From: Candidatus Nanoarchaeia archaeon
GTDB lineage: Archaea > Nanobdellota > Nanobdellia > Woesearchaeales > DATDTY01
Assembly: GCA_035290625.1 (NCBI GenBank)
Contig: DATDTY010000013.1
Location: 1 to 37,547 of the forward strand
Direction of reading: 5' to 3'
DNA: 37,547 bases
The translations under genes were made by a program, and so were the position numbers. Shown here in pieces: positions 35,394 to 37,547 of the stretch. The notes under the pieces are model-generated. The model was not told the origin of the DNA. It made no database searches and saw only the letters and a program-made list of their open reading frames with translations. Position 1 is the stretch's first letter. The number at the start of each line of letters is the position of its first letter.

Positions 35394-37547
35394 ATGCAGG
35401 CCATCAAGTGGTTCAAAGACATCAGAAAGGAGGATGTCGGATCTGTGGGAGGCAAGGGAGCAAACCTTGGCGAGATGTGGAATAATGGATTTCCCGTTCC
35501 GGGAGGATTTGCCATTACAGCCCAAGCGTATGCTGAATTCAGGGAAAATGCAGGGATTCGTGATGCGATTAATGATATCCTGAAGACCATCGATGCCGAG
35601 GATTCTGAGGATTTGCAGAAGAAAGCCAACAGGATCCAGAAGATTATTGTTGGATCCAGGATTCCTGAAGATATTGCTTCAGAGATTGAGAAAGCATATG
35701 ATGCATTGGAGGTTATGGAGCAAGGCATGACTGATTCTGCAGATATCGTTGAGGCTGATGAGGAGCCTTTTGTAGCGTGCAGGAGCAGCGCAACTGCAGA
35801 GGATCTGCCTGAGGCGAGCTTTGCCGGGCAGCAGGCAACATTTCTGAATGTAAAGGGGGCTTCCCAGGTTCTTGATGCCACAAGAAAATGCTGGGCCTCG
35901 CTGTTTACTGCACGGGCAATCTACTATCGCGAGAAGAACAAGTTTGACCATGACCAGGTATTAATTTCTGTGATTGTGCAGAAGATGGTAAATTCTGAGA
36001 AGGCAGGGATCATGTTTTCCATCAATCCTGCAACCAATAATTCCAAGGAGATCATGATTGAGGCAGTGTATGGATTAGGAGAGACGATTGTTGGGGGCCA
36101 GGTCAATCCGGACCTCTACATTATTGATAAGGAGCTGCTGGAGATCAAGCAGAAAGAGGTCAAATCACAGAGAATCGGGCTGTTCAGGAATTCTGAAGGC
36201 AAGAATGTGGAGAGGAACCTTCCTGTGGAGGATCAGGGAAAACAGAAGCTTTCTGACAAGGAGATTGAGGAGCTTGCAGGCATCGGCAAGAAGATTGAGA
36301 AGCATTATGGCAAAGCACAGGACATCGAATGGGCTGTTGAAAAGGGCAGGATCTATATTGTGCAGAGCAGGGCTGTGACAACACTCAAAAGAACAGCTGA
36401 AGAGCTGAAGGAGGAGGCTGAGGAAGAAGGGAAGATCGAGGGAAACATCCTTACAAAAGGGCTGACTGCTTCAGGCGGAACAGCCTCCGGGCCTGTCAAA
36501 GTGATCCATGATCTCAATGAGCTTGACAGGGTGCTTAAGGGAGATGTCCTTGTTGTCTCTATGACTAATCCTGACATGGTTCCTGCGATGAAACGAGCTG
36601 CAGCCATTGTAACTGATGAAGGAGGGATTACATGCCATGCTGCTATTGTTTCGAGAGAGATGGGGGTCCCCTGCATTGTTGGAACAACGAATGCAACAAG
36701 TGTGTTGAAAGATGGGCAGATCATCACAGTTGCAGCTTCCCATGGTGTGGTGTTTGAAGGAAAAGTGGGGCATGAGACTTCAAGGGAGATCCATGCATTC
36801 AAGGCGAGCAAGCTGAGGACAAAGACCCAAGTTAAGGTGATTGCCGATCTGCCGGAATATGCAGAGAGGGCTGCAACAACAGGAGCAGATGGAGTAGGGC
36901 TCTGCAGGCTGGAATTTATGATTGCTGACAATGGGGTGCATCCGGCATGGTATATAAGAGAAGGGAAGGAGGGAGAGTATACTGCAATGCTTGTTGAGAA
37001 CCTTTCAAAGATTGCAGGAGCCTTTGAAGGAAAGCCGGTCTGGGTCAGAACTTCGGATATACGGACAGATGAGTACAGGAACCTGAAGGGAGCTGACAGA
37101 GAGCCGAAAGAAAGCGATCCGATGATAGGGTGGCATGCGATACGGAGAGGATTGGATGAGCCGAAGATTTTGAAGGCTGAATTTCAGGCAGTCAAGGAAC
37201 TGCATAAACGAGGGTTCACGAATGTAGGAGTGATGATCCCTTTTGTGATACGGGCTTCTGAGGTTGCTGCTGCAAAGGAGATTATGAGGGAGGTCGGGAT
37301 GGAGCCTCTTGAGGATGTTGAGTTTGGGGTTATGGTTGAGACGCCTGCAGCGTGCTGGATTATTGATGAACTGTGCAGGGAGGGGATCAGTTTTGTTTCG
37401 TTTGGTACCAATGACCTGACGCAGCTTACGTTAGGGATTGACCGCAATAACGAGAAGATTGCAAAGCTGTTTGATGAGATGCATCCTGCTGTGCTGGGAG
37501 AGATCGAGATGGTGCTTTCTGTTGCAAAGAAATACGGAGTCCAGACT
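35394..37547 (+). CDS. ppsA: Phosphoenolpyruvate synthase (pyruvate, water dikinase), 3'-truncated by the window end
   Basis: Hand translation: MQAIKWFKDIRKEDVGSVGGKGANLGEM, RSSATAEDLPEASFAGQQ, QDIEWA, GGITCHAAIVSRE (phospho-His), MVETPAA, FGTNDLTQ. Missing from the ORF track because no stop falls in the window. Confidence 0.97.
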   Translation, partial: MQAIKWFKDIRKEDVGSVGGKGANLGEMWNNGFPVPGGFAITAQAYAEFRENAGIRDAINDILKTIDAEDSEDLQKKANRIQKIIVGSRIPEDIASEIEKAYDALEVMEQGMTDSADIVEADEEPFVACRSSATAEDLPEASFAGQQATFLNVKGASQVLDATRKCWASLFTARAIYYREKNKFDHDQVLISVIVQKMVNSEKAGIMFSINPATNNSKEIMIEAVYGLGETIVGGQVNPDLYIIDKELLEIKQKEVKSQRIGLFRNSEGKNVERNLPVEDQGKQKLSDKEIEELAGIGKKIEKHYGKAQDIEWAVEKGRIYIVQSRAVTTLKRTAEELKEEAEEEGKIEGNILTKGLTASGGTASGPVKVIHDLNELDRVLKGDVLVVSMTNPDMVPAMKRAAAIVTDEGGITCHAAIVSREMGVPCIVGTTNATSVLKDGQIITVAASHGVVFEGKVGHETSREIHAFKASKLRTKTQVKVIADLPEYAERAATTGADGVGLCRLEFMIADNGVHPAWYIREGKEGEYTAMLVENLSKIAGAFEGKPVWVRTSDIRTDEYRNLKGADREPKESDPMIGWHAIRRGLDEPKILKAEFQAVKELHKRGFTNVGVMIPFVIRASEVAAAKEIMREVGMEPLEDVEFGVMVETPAACWIIDELCREGISFVSFGTNDLTQLTLGIDRNNEKIAKLFDEMHPAVLGEIEMVLSVAKKYGVQT

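Overview
Chromosomal segment from a DPANN archaeon, most likely Woesearchaeota. The lineage call is inferred from archaeal tRNAs with bulge-helix-bulge (BHB) introns, TATA/BRE promoters, RNase HII with a PIP box, archaeal SMC, a COG1361 plus MacB-like ABC cluster, and the style of the surface proteins. Housekeeping content is smc, rnhB, ppsA (partial, missing from the ORF track), an RsmC-like methyltransferase, an M50 protease, a ZIP transporter and a PIN/RHH toxin-antitoxin pair. Highlights: (1) a four-gene operon (1007-9881, minus strand) combining a class III signal-peptide pilin-like protein, a large Ig-repeat/Cys-rich protein, a secreted soluble lytic transglycosylase and a membrane protein, a candidate apparatus for attacking or attaching to bacterial cell walls; (2) two tRNAs broken by multiple introns, tRNA-Ser(GCT) with three and initiator tRNA-Met with two; (3) two diverged copies of a ~160-nt structured element with compensatory pairings; (4) six direct repeats of TTTAGGCACTAT upstream of an unannotated 49-aa putative DNA-binding protein coupled to a large surface protein; (5) smaller oddities: a pore-less voltage-sensor-like protein, a probable ATA start codon, a 50-bp identical tract between paralogues, and palindromic operators. 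All family assignments come from motif recognition by eye; no searches were run.
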